Positions 49,805-62,503 of a stretch of DNA of 64,000 nt are shown here, one piece after another. Source of the stretch: Felis catus (Eukaryota). How positions within the stretch are numbered: the stretch's first letter is position 1; the number at the start of each line of letters is the position of its first letter. Where the stretch lies: the NCBI RefSeq assembly GCF_018350175.1, contig NC_058379.1, positions 73,160,001 to 73,224,000 on the forward strand. The letters are read 5' to 3'. Under the pieces are notes generated by a model that saw only the letters and a program-made list of their open reading frames with translations, did no database searches and was not told where the DNA came from. Both the position numbers and the translations under genes were made by a program.

Positions 49805-50868
49805 GAGACATACTCGTCTTAAATAAGACTATTCCTTAGGTATTTAGCTTTCTTATCTTTGTAGATATATTTTCAAAAACTTTGATTTAAAAGTGAGCAA
49901 ATCTGACTGACAGGCTGCAAAATTACCACTTAGGATGCCATCTTTAAAAGTGTGAAGCCTAGGAAGGTGTATTTTTAAAAGCTCTCCTAGTAATTCTGTG
50001 ATGCACAGAAGGCTTGGACACCTCTGATTTATGACATCTAGAGCATTCTGAGGCCATAAGTGAAGCCACCCAAACTATGAAATAGTCAATATTTTATCCT
50101 AAAGAAGCTCACGGAGAACTTTTCCTGTCACTAGTTATAACTAGTATAGATCACTAAACAATACCCTGTTTGGTTTTTCATGTTTCCATTCTTTAATAAA
50201 GAACGATGTGCTCAGCTGGTATTAGAACAAGATGGCATCTACGGACACAGAAATACGTTGCAACTGTTTGTATGCACAAACAGTGGAGCCTCTTAAGATT
50301 CCCCTTGTTACAAAGGATGACTAGAGACAGCAGGGACTACTTCTAAATGAATCCTGAATCCACAAAGACTGGAAGGAAGCATGAAACATATAAAACTATT
50401 GGTTCTACAATGGGAAGGTTGTTGTTGTTGTTTTCATTAACATGTTTTTGGTGTAATAAGTAAAAATTAGAAGAAAAAGCTGGCTACAAATATTCAAAAT
50501 ACGCAATTCCCATTGACTGATGAGGTAGTGCATTCCTCACTGGGAGTAAGAGATTTTTCAAGAGTATGCTGTATTACTTCTCTCTTGATCTTACTTTGGT
50601 TTTTATTATGTTTTCTCCTTTTACCCGGCTTGAAAGCTCAGAAGACAGAATTTTTCACTAATGAATTTTGTATTCCAAAACAGTAGCATGTAATCTGAAA
50701 AACTGGACTAACTGGTTTTCCCAGAAACTGTCACAAAAACAGTAAATTTTATTACCACTCTCACCTGAAGAGTGCCAAAGAGTCACTGTTTATGCCCAGC
50801 TGTGTGTCTGAATCCTTCTAAATAACTACCAATCTGCCATAAACTTAAGAATTATAAAGCAAACACTG

Positions 50869-51034
50869 GTTTTGGTTTTGGTTTTGAGAGAGAGAGACAG
50901 ACAAACAGAGAATCCAAGCAGGCTCCATGCTCAACGCGAGCACGACACGAGGCTCAATCACACGAACCTGGGATCAAGACATGAGTGGACATCAAGAGTC
51001 AGACACTTAACAGACTGAGCCACCCAGGTGCCCC
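50869..51034 (-). mobile_element. Older CanSINE
   Basis: TSD aagcaaacact. Confidence 0.88.
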
Positions 51035-52417
51035 AAGCAAACACTTTTTTTTAATGGGACAAGATTAAAGCTACTCTTATAATTGTAATCTTCCCTTTCA
51101 GCATACGAAAAAGTAAAGCAGAAGTTTCTTATATCACAAAATTAAACTTGCAAACACACATTCTAATTATTAGAAAAAGTTTCCAACCTTGATTAATCTC
51201 AGTATACAGGCTAACCCTCAAACCAAAATTTAATGTATTTTATAATAATGTGTATATTAGGGTGGAAATACTCAAATAACTCAAATAATTTTTGAGACTC
51301 TTCTTTCCTCTTAGGTGCTGGAAGGAATACAAAAACAAATCTTTTTAATTTTTAAAAAAATGTTTACTTCATCCCTTTCCAGTAAGTATCTCTGAAAAGG
51401 ATCTTTGTACATTCAGAAAGAACACACAATAAAAATTAATTTTTAAAAAATCAGCGACAGGGAGAAAACAAATTTCCTTTTGAAAAGATTAATAGTGATC
51501 AATACTAGAGCTGAGCATCAAAAGTGGATCTGAAATTTTTAGGATCCCGGGTGAAAAGAGAAACATTAAATTATATAGATATCAGGTCAGAGAGAAGGAA
51601 GTATACCAATTAATAAGGGAAACAAAGCTGTCCTAGTATTAAATCTAGAAAAAAAAATTAGAGACACTAACATCACAACAAAACTAAGCAAATTTCAAAT
51701 GCTTTTTCTTTTTCAGTGGCCTTCCATAAAAGCCAAGAATATAAAATTTAAAGGAAACTTGGTGAAGGTGATTCTTAAAGGGACTAAGCACCCGTGTGAT
51801 CTAATTACCATGTCGCCTTTTGGTTGGTCTAACTTGACTGAGGCTAGAAAAGAGGATAATTAAAGAGGTGGAGGAAGAGCATGTGTTTTATAAATGGGTG
51901 ATTTTCAAACATTTTTGCATTCCTACCAGCTAAAAAATTTTTGAAAATATATATCTCACCTACATTTCAAAGCTGACATCAAGACTATTTCAAACTGTAA
52001 TGTGATTGCAAAGAATGCACTTACTACACATTTTAAGTACTGACACTTTAATAAACCTATCACTTTACAATGTATCTAACAATCTAAATATACTCACCGT
52101 CAACCACTTATACATGAACAAACTTTTCAGTAAGTACATTTTGTTTCACTCCTTTTTCTCTTTGAGCTAATAATTCCATTCCCAAAGTTATTTCCTCTTT
52201 TAAACTTGAAAACCTTTAGTTGATCATATATATGTCATGAGATTATTTTTTTTTACATTTTGTGACCATAAAGTACTTAGTGATTAAAAAATGTCTTTTG
52301 CTTTACTATATCACTAGTATATAACTGCCCCTAAATAGTAAATTACATGTTAATGAATGAGATAAAAGTTAGATGCATTAAAGAAGAGAATTTTTTATTT
52401 AAAAAAAAAAAAACCTC

Positions 52418-52642
52418 AGGGCACCTGGGTGGTTCAATCGGTTGAGTGTCCAACTTCGGCTCAGGTCATGATCTTGCAGTTCATGGGTTCGAACCCTGCG
52501 TTGGGCTCTACGCTGACAGCTCAGAGCCTGGAGCCTGCTTCCGATTCTGTGTCTCCCTCTCTCCCTGTCCCTCCCCAGCTCATGCTCTGTCTCTCCGCCT
52601 CTCAAAAATAAATAAACGTTAAAAAAAAATTTTTTTTTTTTT
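52418..52642 (+). mobile_element. SINEC_Fc
   Basis: Head, body and tail. Confidence 0.94.
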
Positions 52643-53534
52643 AATAACTTCATGGGCTGGGACAGATGCTAGAATAGGCCCAAGATTTAGTACCAATTCC
52701 ATTCCTATCCTTCATTTTTTGTAGATGTAACAGCAAGAAACCCTATTTGCATAAATGAGTAAATAGAATGAGCTTTCTTCTCAGTCAATTCTTTGAACTT
52801 CTTTTGAGTTATATGTCAAAATATCGCATAGTGAACCATCAAAAATTTTTAATAATCGAAGTCTACATAAAGTGCTCTGTAAATTTTAGACAAAGAACTT
52901 TACTGACAGAAAGTCTTGACTGTTACCAAGTAATTCATTTTCTCGGCATCGACACCAGTATTTCAAATTAATCCTTTACTGGAGATCAAACATTTTGCAC
53001 CATGGTAATACAACAGGCTAGTAAAAAGTATGCTCTTCTGTAAAATGGGAGAAGGTGGACTACAAAAGGGCAACTGGGGAAAAAAGAGTTTGTACCTCCA
53101 TCCCGGGGCATGCTCAGGTCCACTACACGAAAGAGTATACTTCTAGAAGTTAAGAATATAGAAACACTCCTTTAAAACCATGCGTGTTGTGTGTACTATG
53201 GAAGCCTTTACACAGCATAGTTTTGAATAGCAGGAACTTATATATTCTAAATACCACTTTTTCCAGCCTAGCTTTGAAATAAAACTGAATGACAGTTCAA
53301 AATTGTACATATTCTATGACAAGAACCAAAAGGACTCATTTCACCTTTAAAATCCTTGCAAATTTTGCACTTTTAAAAATTAGCCATGTTTTAATGTAAA
53401 AAATGTTGCTCTACCTACCCAAAATGCTCAAATAAAACTGATACTTCCAGTATCATTCATCATTTTAATTCCATGGCTTTCCATATAGTACATCCCCCAA
53501 GAAATATTCATGCCCCCATTTGAGAACTTTGTTT

Positions 53535-53765
53535 TTCTGGGATCACTTTCCTCATCTGTAAATGAGGATGATAACAATAACCATTCATAAGATTCTTACA
53601 AAGATCACACAAGATAATGCATGTATAATGCTGCTTTCATCCAGTCATTGAACAAATACTGAGTGCCTACTACGTGCCAGACACTGACTGTATGCTGGGT
53701 ATACAGTCATCATCAAAACACAAAAATCCCTGCCTCAGAGCTTATGTTCTGGGAGAAGACAACAA
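53535..53765. mobile_element. MIR core followed by an L2 3' end (minus)
   Basis: tttcctcatctgtaaatgaggat; tcattgaacaaatactgagtgcctactacgtgccagacact. Confidence 0.7.
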
Positions 53766-54999
53766 AATAGCTGTAGGTTTTATGGCCACATTGGTATGTC
53801 AATTCTGAATAAATACCTGCTCTTTCTATTATCAGCATTAATGTGTTTTTGAGCATGCTACTGAAAATTAGGAACTTAAACCTATTAAGCTTTTTCAGGA
53901 GAAGAGTCATTCCCTGGTTCACAAAGAGGGGAGCCTGAGAGGTACATTTAGAGCAAACCAAGAATATCATCAAAAAAAATAATTTCATTTTGTTCCAGAA
54001 TATGTACAGTAGCCTATACTTCATGCCTTTCCACAAAATCAAAAGCCAATAATGCAAATTGCTTTACAATCTTTGATTTCGTTTAACTGGTATATAATTC
54101 ACACACCATAAAATTCACCATTTTTAAGTGTACAATTCAGTGGGTTTTTTAAAAATACATTCACAAAGTTCTGCAAACTTCATAGGCTTTTACAAAAAAT
54201 AAAGAAAAAATATCTGGGATCTACAATTTTGTACTGAAAATCCACTTAGTATAATTTGCTAAGAGCAAGATTCTTTTTTAAGGAGATCAATGAGATATTA
54301 AAAAGAGGAGACAGACTACATTTTGAGCTCATTAAAAAGGACTTATACTTGTAGTTAATTGAAGAGGTGGAGGACTGAAATTCATCACTGAAAACAAGTT
54401 TTGAGGAGTTCTACTTGAAAAATAACTTCTTACAGTTTTAGTTAATATGAGGTCATTAAAGAACTTACAACAAAAGACAGAAATGAGTTTCAACCAAATA
54501 CTGAAGAGCAGCTCTACTCAAACTAGGCCACGTACTGTGTGGAATTCATTATCTCCTTTACATCTGGGTTGGCACTAACTGTATACACATCCTTGGGAGA
54601 ATGGTGGAGATAGTCACACAAACCATTTGCTGTAGGGCTTAATTCTCTTACCGACTTACAGTCTACAATGTCAGGGAACTCTTCAGGACCTATAAAACTC
54701 AGTGAAACAGACCTCAATTGCCAACAAAAAAACCTGGGCATCCAAAATAAATCTTGCCAAAGCCACAGCATAGGCTACTATGACTCCAAATCTACCTTCA
54801 TTATTAGCATGAAATCCAAGCCCAGCCCTCTCAAAAGGCTCTATCATATTTGGATAGATCTGAAGGCACTAACTTACAACATAAACCTAATATCATACTG
54901 AAGAGACTATTCTCATCAGTAAGCCTATTTGCTAACACGTAAAGTTCTTCTGTTCGCTTTTTGCTCCCTAGCAATCTTTATCCAATCAATATCTAAATA

Positions 55000-55356
55000 C
55001 AGATGACCCTTGAATAATGTGGGGGTGAGGGGCACCTAACTGCCACACAGTCGAAAATACATATATATACATATATAACATATATATATACACATAATTT
55101 TGACTTCCCCAAAACTTTACTACTTATGGCCTGNNNNNNNNNNNNNNNNNNNNNNNNNNNNNNNNNNNNNNNNNNNNNNNNNNNNNNNNNNNNNNNNNNN
55201 NNNNNNNNNNNNNNNNNNNNNNNNNNNNNNNNNNNNNNNNNNNNNNNNNNNNNNNNNNNNNNNNNNNNNNNNNNNNNNNNNNNNNNTGTATTTATCAAAG
55301 AAAAGTCTGCATATAAGTGGACCTGTACAGTCCAACCTGTGTTTAAGGATCAATTG
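55000..55356 (+). mobile_element. Tigger3-like (TcMar-Tigger) MITE spanning an N gap
   Basis: TA TSDs at 54998-54999 and 55357-55358; TIRs CAGATGACCCTTGAA ... TTTAAGGATCAATTG. Confidence 0.85.
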
Positions 55357-55589
55357 TATCTGCTCAAATTAGCCAAAAAAATGGAACAATGTTGTTAACT
55401 GATACCTTATCTTCATTTATTAGCTAAAGGTTATTTATTAGCAAAAGATAAATAGGTATCTATTATTAAGGACGTTCCTGCAATGAGAAAATTAGAAGTG
55501 CTTTGAACAAGAGAATACTAAACAGTTCTAGGACTAAAGAGGCCTTTGCTCTGATCCTTTCCTCCTTTATTCACTCATTAAACAAACAC

Positions 55590-56190
55590 TGTCCACGTCA
55601 CCATCATTCCTGCCTGAACGAGCACTGGCCCCTGACTCCCACTTCTGCACTTCCACATTTTCCACACAGCAGCCAAAGCAATCCTATTGCTCCCTATCTG
55701 GAGTCCGAAAATAGCATTCCATACCATTCCTTATGCCAGCTTGACAAGCCGTGATTAGGTTGTCTGCTGCCTTGACCTCACCTAGGATGCCTTCCCCTCG
55801 CACTAAACTCCAGCCACAGTGGCCTACTCTGCTCTCACAGGCTTAATGTATCCTGCCTTAGGGATTTTGCACTGGCTACTCCCTTTACATGGTATGCTTT
55901 TCCTTGTGATTTTTGTATAGCTCACTCTTAATCATTCAGATCTCAGCTGCAAAATCCTCCTCTTGGAGAAAACTTCCCTGATTGCTCAGCCTGAACAGCC
56001 ACCCAGTCAGTCTCAACCACTGTTAATTGATTCACAGTACAGCACTTGATATTTAAACTGTGTATTAGTTTGTCATACCACTAGAATTAAAGTTCCATGA
56101 ACACAGAAACTTCCTTTACCGTATTTTTCAGAGTCTGCGATAATGCCTAAGCATATAATGTGCTAAAAGTTTTCTGTGGAATAAATGGAT
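55590..56190 (+). mobile_element. L2 3' region
   Basis: ccacacagcagcca ... ctccagccacagtggcct ... tcattcagatctcagct ... ctagaattaaagttccatga. Confidence 0.7.
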
Positions 56191-56358
56191 GCACAAAATG
56201 TCTATTACACGTAAAATCTTATGTTACGCAGACCTGAGCCTTCAATAGTCTCATTTTCTGCTTTAAACTCAAAGGTGCTAAACAGGTAGAAAATACTATC
56301 ATTCATTGCTATCTACAACGTCCATCTCAAAATTATTATGCAAAGAATGAAGTCACCT

Positions 56359-56557
56359 GGGGCACCCAGGTGGCTCAGTTGATTAAGCTTCTGACTTCAG
56401 CTCAGGATATGATCCTGCGGTCTGTGAGTTCAGGCCCTGCATTGGGTTCCCTGCTGTCAGCACGGAGCCCAGTGTGGATCCTCTGTCCCCGTCTTTCTGC
56501 CCCACCCCCACTTGTTCTCTTTCTCTCTCTCAAAAATAAACATTAAAAAAATTTTTT
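56359..56557 (+). mobile_element. CanSINE
   Basis: Head, body and tail. Confidence 0.9.
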
Positions 56558-56999
56558 AAGAATAAAATTATCTATATTATCTGCCTTGAAATCATCAATG
56601 TAAGAGAAATGGCCCCTAGACTTACTCCATCTATTACTATTTAAATTATGCTTATAGGTGGGATGTGGCCAGTGTCTTCCTGAGTCACAAAGTCAGCCCA
56701 GAGTCCAGACCATAATGTTTCAACTGTGTGCTCTGCTCTAACAATTACCAAAATTAATACCACCACATATTACATTCCTCAGTAATAACCAGTCAAGTCT
56801 CTCAGATCATACACTATCACCCACCACTCGTCCCCGTAATATTCTGCACCCCCACTCATCTACCCCACCGTTCAGTGGCTTTCAAACTTTTTTGATCCAT
56901 CCGAGACCCAATCCTCATAGCATACACTCTTGAATGACGGGCCACTTTCCTATATCCTCAATATTTTCTCTAAACGTTCTCTCCAGTTCCTGCATTCAC

Positions 57000-58620
57000 T
57001 GACTTGGCCATCCTTTGATGGCCTCAAGTCCTCTCACATGAAACTTCTCTTTCCCTCCCTCTCCTCCCACCCTTCCTACATCTCTCCCTCTCTACTGCAT
57101 ATCTAAGGGCCAAGAGGTGGCATAGGTTTTCTCCTTTCTCCCATTTTTCTCAAATAATTTCTCCACTTTTGATCCTTCAAAAACACTAGTTCCTTTGAAG
57201 TTCATGTATCTGGCTATACTACCCTCTACCCCTGCTCCCTTTCTCCTTCATTCACTAGACTTTAGCTTCCATTTCAGTCTTCTTCTCCATCCCAACTCTT
57301 GTCCTCATTCTGGGAGACCTCAAAAACCATGTGGATAACTACCCAATATCCTGAGTCCTTTGACCTATTATTCCTCTGCCCAACCTCACTCACCTAACAT
57401 TATAGTCACAGGCTTGTCTACACTAGTAACTACACCATCTCCAGTATCTCAATCAAGCATCCAAGTCTCCCAATTCCTACTTCCTATCCTTGCAGCTCAC
57501 TTTCTCAGAACTGCCCTCTGCATTCTTTGACTCCCATCCATTGACTCTCTTGGTTTCTCACTGCTCTTTAACCCCTTTCACATTCCTCCCTACACAGTAC
57601 AGGTTTCATGGTAGTGGTGGTGGTTGTTGTTGTTGTTGTTGTTGTTGTTCTTCTTCTTCTTCTTCTTCATCATCATCATCATCATCATCCTGCGAATGTG
57701 CTTAACTTGTTTGATGTCTGTGATTTTTCCACTTTGCTACAGACCCTATTATTAAACTTTTCAAAGTCTTTAAGGTGGGAGTTTAACCAAATCATCTCTT
57801 TCACCTACCATCTAGTGATTCTCTTCTCTATCCAAAAAAAATTACCAAAAAATTTGTCCATCTTAATTTTATCTCTCACTCACTTTTAACTCCGTCCAAC
57901 CTGGCTTCTGTTGCCACTGAAAATCAAGGTTATTAATTTACCAAGGTTATTATTTGGCAATTTTCATATTGCCAAATTCAAGGGAAATTTCTGTTTCCCT
58001 CCACTCAACCCATCATAGGCATCAATACAACTGACCACTCACTCTTCTTTTTGAAACATTCTCCTCTCCCATGTCTCTCCTACCGTACTAGCCATTCTTT
58101 CTCAATTCACTTTGCTGATTCCTTCTGCCGTAACCAAGTTTTAGTTATTGGATTTGCTCAGAGCTTGGTTCTGGATCTTTTTGTCTGGGCAATCTCTTTT
58201 AGTCCCATTACTTGGAATACTGCCTAAGTGCTAATGACTTTCCAGGTGAGACCTCACAATTTGGCATAGCAACTGCATATGTGACATCTCCATCCGGATG
58301 TTTAATAAGCACCTCAAACCTTGCATGTTCAAAATTTATTTTATTGACCCATACAAATTATTTCCTAAGGTGATCGCAGTGAATGGTAACCCAATCCACC
58401 CACTCATCTAAAAACGAAGGTCTCACACTTGAGTCTTCTCTGTCATCTTCCATACCCAATCATTAGCAAATCCTGTAAATTCTACATTCAAAACAGATCT
58501 AAAAACTGTCTGCTTCTCTCCACCACCACGTGTCTAGGCCATCATCATTTATCAACAGACTACTAGAATAACTACTTGCTCTCTACTTCCACTTTTGTCC
58601 ATTTCATTTCAAATTAACAG
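57000..58620 (+). mobile_element. Long L2 remnant including endonuclease-domain fossil
   Basis: ctcattctgggagacctcaaaaaccatgtggat = LILGDLKNHVD (decayed GDFN motif); tgccaaattcaa, ctgaccactc, gacatctccatccggatgtttaataagcacctcaaac. Confidence 0.75.
57611..57688. repeat. Compound trinucleotide repeat GTA(GTG)3(GTT)9(CTT)6(CAT)7
   Basis: Direct reading. Confidence 0.95.
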
Positions 58621-61600
58621 AAACTGGACTCAACAGTGGCCTACACTTAAGGGAGATGCCAGTAATCCCTTATAAGAACTTCAAGGCCTAGCAATGCTAA
58701 TTTATCACCTATGATCTGCTCACTGCCCCTCTTCACTCCCAACTATATCCACTAGAAAGATACCAGAAGAAACTCCATGCCAACAAGTGCTTAATACACT
58801 GAGGAAGAGGACACCAGCATCTTTGGGAAAGATTTTAGTTACTTTCTCTATAAGACCAGGAATAAAGAATGAGAGGTCTCTGTTTTCAGTGTGGATGGAG
58901 AGATTCTACAAAGAACCCAAGGGGCAGTTCTTACCATATAGTATGCTCTATCAGGAGCTGGTAATCAGAATGATCCTACCACAGGAGTCCTGAGGACATA
59001 AATCAGTCAGTCCTGAGGACATAAATAAGTCAGTCCACTACAGGACTACTTTCAATAACTGAAAAATCCCCAATTTCTTCAACAAAGTCCTAACTTGAGA
59101 TAGAGCAAGTGAGTTGGTCCCTCATATCTTCTGCCAAGGCTTTGCTTCTTCTCTTGCTTCTAAACAGTGGTTATTAGCTTTGCCAGCTACATTTTCCTTT
59201 AGAATTTGGTAAATAGACTCTCTCCTCACAAAAAATGCATAACAGAAAATGCTGCACTTAGTTCAAAGGTTCCTGGAGGGCCTCCTGAAGCATGGACTCT
59301 TAGACTGGACACCTGCCTCTCTACTGGTTCTCTCTTGGCCACTTTTATCCATTAAAGGAAAAATAACAATAATGATAGTGTTCCTTGGTCATGCATTCTC
59401 TTCTGAATATTTTCCTCTCCTCTACCTCTCATTCAATCTCCATAAAAGTAGTCTAAGCATTTTTATGGTTAGAGGGGTAAAAATATATACTGTACATACA
59501 TGTTTGTAAATGCACAGAAGTTCTGGAAGGACACATGACAAAACTAACAGCAGTTTCCTCTCAGGAAGAGGACTGCACATGAGAGGCTGTAGAGGGAGGG
59601 AGGCTTTTTTTATCAACTATCCTTTCACCCTGTGTACAAATTACCCAATCAAATAATAAATCAAAATTGTAAAACCTTTAAAACAGCAGGATACATTTTG
59701 CTTCTAATTTCTCATTTCCCAGAAACTTTCTGGCATTCTAAGAAAGACCTCTGGTCCCTCATAACTGGTCACCAGATGCCTTCTAACTTGGAAATCCAAT
59801 GGATACTACAAAGTAAATTTTCTTTCCTAGGCTTTTATAACACAATTTCTTGATTCTCCTACTACTTTTCTGGAAGTTCCTTCTTACTCTCCATGAAACT
59901 AATTTATTCATTTATTCACTACCAATGGTGTGACAAGGTAATTTTCTTCTATTTGCCCCTTGTTAGGCGATCCTAGTAAGTTATGACAAACCACAATGAC
60001 AGGAGTTCTCAAAGCATGACCTGGGAGTTCCTGGGGCTGCACCAGATCCTTTCAGAAGTCCAAGTAACAAAACTATTGCAACTCAATCTTCCTCACCCCA
60101 TCCCCAAACTCGATCTTCTTCCCCTATTCTTTACCGACCTCCACCCCAGTGACTCAAGCCAGAACTGTAGCATGCATCAATGGTTCTGTCTCTCTACAAT
60201 CATCAGTACTTAAATGTACTTATATCTCTTGATTGACTCTAACACCTTTCCATACCTCCTGCTACAGTATTAGTTCAAGCCATCATTACTTTTCTAGACT
60301 ACAACAGCCTAAACCACTATCCCTACTTCCAGTTTCATCTTTTCCCAAATTTATTCTCCCCCTGTACCCATTCTGTCCAGTACCCAATCTGATTCCCACC
60401 ATCACCACCTGTTCACTTGTGCTTCTCAAACTGCAGATACTGCCCCCAAGATGTATTAGCTCTCTACAAGAATTTTTATTATTTTGTTGAGGATAAGTAA
60501 AACAAGCACATTCTAGATCATTTGGTTACATACCTAGGATACAGCCATACAGAATCCAAGGTCATGTTGATAAAATCACAAGCACACTACCATAAACCAA
60601 CATAATTCATGAAAAATGAATAATGGCAGACTTACACAATTGATCCCACTCAAGACAATCTAATGTTGTTTATTTCCAAATTATCAAATTTGTGTGACTA
60701 GAGAAATGTGATGAAAGAACTGAGTCTTTCCAAGGTAAGCACACCCAGCCAACCTAAAAAGTAACTTGTTCTATACCATATTCACATTGTAAGCATTTTA
60801 TAAAAATACATCATATGGCACATTCATGTTGGGGAACTTGGACTTTATTAATTTTGTTGCTTTAATTTATACACATTTTAGTGTTAAGAGCTAGAACCAC
60901 AGGAATTCAGTTTAATGTTCACACATCTGAAACACTGAAGTAAAAGGAATTTCTAGCAACAAAACCCAACTACTGGAGTTCCCAAGACATATTTTGCGCA
61001 CAGAACCACTGTGCTCTTTTTATCCAATCCTAGTTTTTCCAATTACTTTTTTAAAGAAACTTACCCTTTCAAGAACTGAAAATCAGTTATTCAGTCTCAC
61101 TAGCCATATTCCAACTACTCACTGACCAGCCACATGTGGCTAGTGGCTACGACATTTCCATCATTACCTAACTGTAACTTCTCCCTTTGAGTAAGCATTG
61201 AGAAAGCTATTCCTCCCTTCAAACTCTGTTTTGATGACTTCCAAGTCTTCGTTTAGTCTTTTTCTATTAACTTAATGGAGTACCTTCAGCAACCACTTGA
61301 TAGCTCTACTTTATCAGCTAGAAAGACAGAACTAGTGACTGGAAAAAATTACGGTAGTACCAAATCAGTAAGGTACAATGTAATAGGGAATGGAAAAGAT
61401 TTTCAGGGTAAGGTTAAGATTGTGATTGAGACAAGCAAGAATAGGTACTGCAAAAATAGTAGTAAATACAAAAGACAATGCCCACTCTACTGTACCCACT
61501 CATCCTAAAATGATTACCACTTTGCAAAGATCTTCAAAAGATATCTTCCCAACCTTACCTGAAGTATTAGCACTCAGTAAACGCACTTTTGATATGGAAA

Positions 61601-62141
61601 ATATATTAAGATCTCAGTATATAATCGGTCATTATGAACTGCAATTTAACCTGTTTCAAAGTTTATTTTGTTAATAACATTTCAAATTCTTTCAAGGGTT
61701 TTTAAAAACCTCAAAAACAACACAATTAATAACGTACTTCAGCCAAGTTTATAACTATACAGCAAAACCACCTAACATTCCTGTTTACTAATTTAAATTT
61801 CCCAGCATTCTCTATACCATATTATTTTTTAAAAAGATGTAATACATTATTAGCCACAAATACACTTTCTGCTTTATAGAGATATTCAGTGTTGGCATGA
61901 CTCCAAAAGAAAGCCTATTTTTAAAACTGCAAAACTCAATTTTCTGAATGCTTAATTAAAAGAAAATCAGGTGCAAAAGTAAGACTATGCCCCCCAAAAT
62001 TCAAATAGAAACTTCAGAAAACAATGACAATGAAAGGTAGTTCCAAAATAATGTACGGCATATTAATTTATTCAATGTTTATGACCACTATAAACTTCCG
62101 GAATGAGGTGAATAGTAAATCAAATAAACATGAAGCAAACA

Positions 62142-62147
62142 TTTATT
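62142..62147 (-). terminator. AATAAA poly(A) signal for the MBD2c terminal exon (second AATAAA at 62067-62072)
   Basis: Plus-strand tttatt, within the L2 3'-end motif GTAGGTACTTAATAAATGTTTG on the minus strand, about 33 nt after the stop. Confidence 0.7.
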
Positions 62148-62179
62148 AAGTACCTACCGTGTGCTAGGCTTTGGACTAC

Positions 62180-62503
62180 CTATACAAAAGAAAAAGAAAA
62201 AGAAAGAAAAAGACAGTCCCTGCCCTCATGGAGCTCACAGTCTAGTTGAAGCAGACAAACAATCACAAATACAATGGCAAAGCACCAGGGAGGCATTATG
62301 GAAGAAGGGACTGGTCCTGCCTGATGAATGCAGGGGCGGGCTTCACAGAGGTGGAGACAATGGAGCTGGGCCTTGGATGAGCAGGAGTTCACCAGATGGA
62401 GGGGAAGGGGGGAAGCGCATTCCAAGCAGAGGAAACAGCACATGCGCAAGCAGAATCTCGAAAGCACATGCCATGGTGCAGGAGGATGAGCAGTCCAGCG
62501 CAG
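62180..62503 (-). CDS. MBD2: MBD2 alternative terminal exon (MBD2c / testis-ES short isoform), 107 codons plus stop, L2-derived
   Basis: Minus strand reads cctttatgctctag|CTG CGC TGG ACT GCT CAT CCT CCT GCA CCA TGG CAT GTG CTT TCG AGA = LRWTAHPPAPWHVLSRFCLRMCCFLCLECASPLPLHLVNSCSSKAQLHCLHLCEA. This closely matches the recalled human MBD2c tail (LRWNTHRPAPWHALSRLCLLIRCLLCLECAYPLPLHLVNSYSSKTQLHCLHLWEA). Phase-0 acceptor, same phase as exon 3. TAG at 62180-62182. Confidence 0.8.
   Translation of the reverse strand: MRWTAHPPAPWHVLSRFCLRMCCFLCLECASPLPLHLVNSCSSKAQLHCLHLCEARPCIHQAGPVPSSIMPPWCFAIVFVIVCLLQLDCELHEGRDCLFLSFSFSFV

Larger units (their letters stand above)
3336..55286. other. Assembly gaps: 3336-3495, 5036-5271, 15376-15507, 30745-30876, 42325-42456, 43840-44229, 47041-47428, 55134-55286
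   Basis: Runs of N; three are exactly 132 nt, suggesting estimated gap sizes. Confidence 0.97.

Noticed and set aside
1090-56557. Recurrent ORFs such as MAQSVKRPTSAQVMIS... and ...GEGQRERETQNPKQAPGSELSAQS
   Set aside because: Chance translations of SINEC copies, not a gene family.
1135-56557. tRNA-like A/B boxes
   Set aside because: All belong to SINE heads; no complete cloverleaf tRNA gene seen.
57490-57889. Poly-V/L/H and poly-C/S ORFs resembling a signal peptide plus His tag
   Set aside because: Microsatellite artefact inside L2, antisense to MBD2, with no splice or promoter support.
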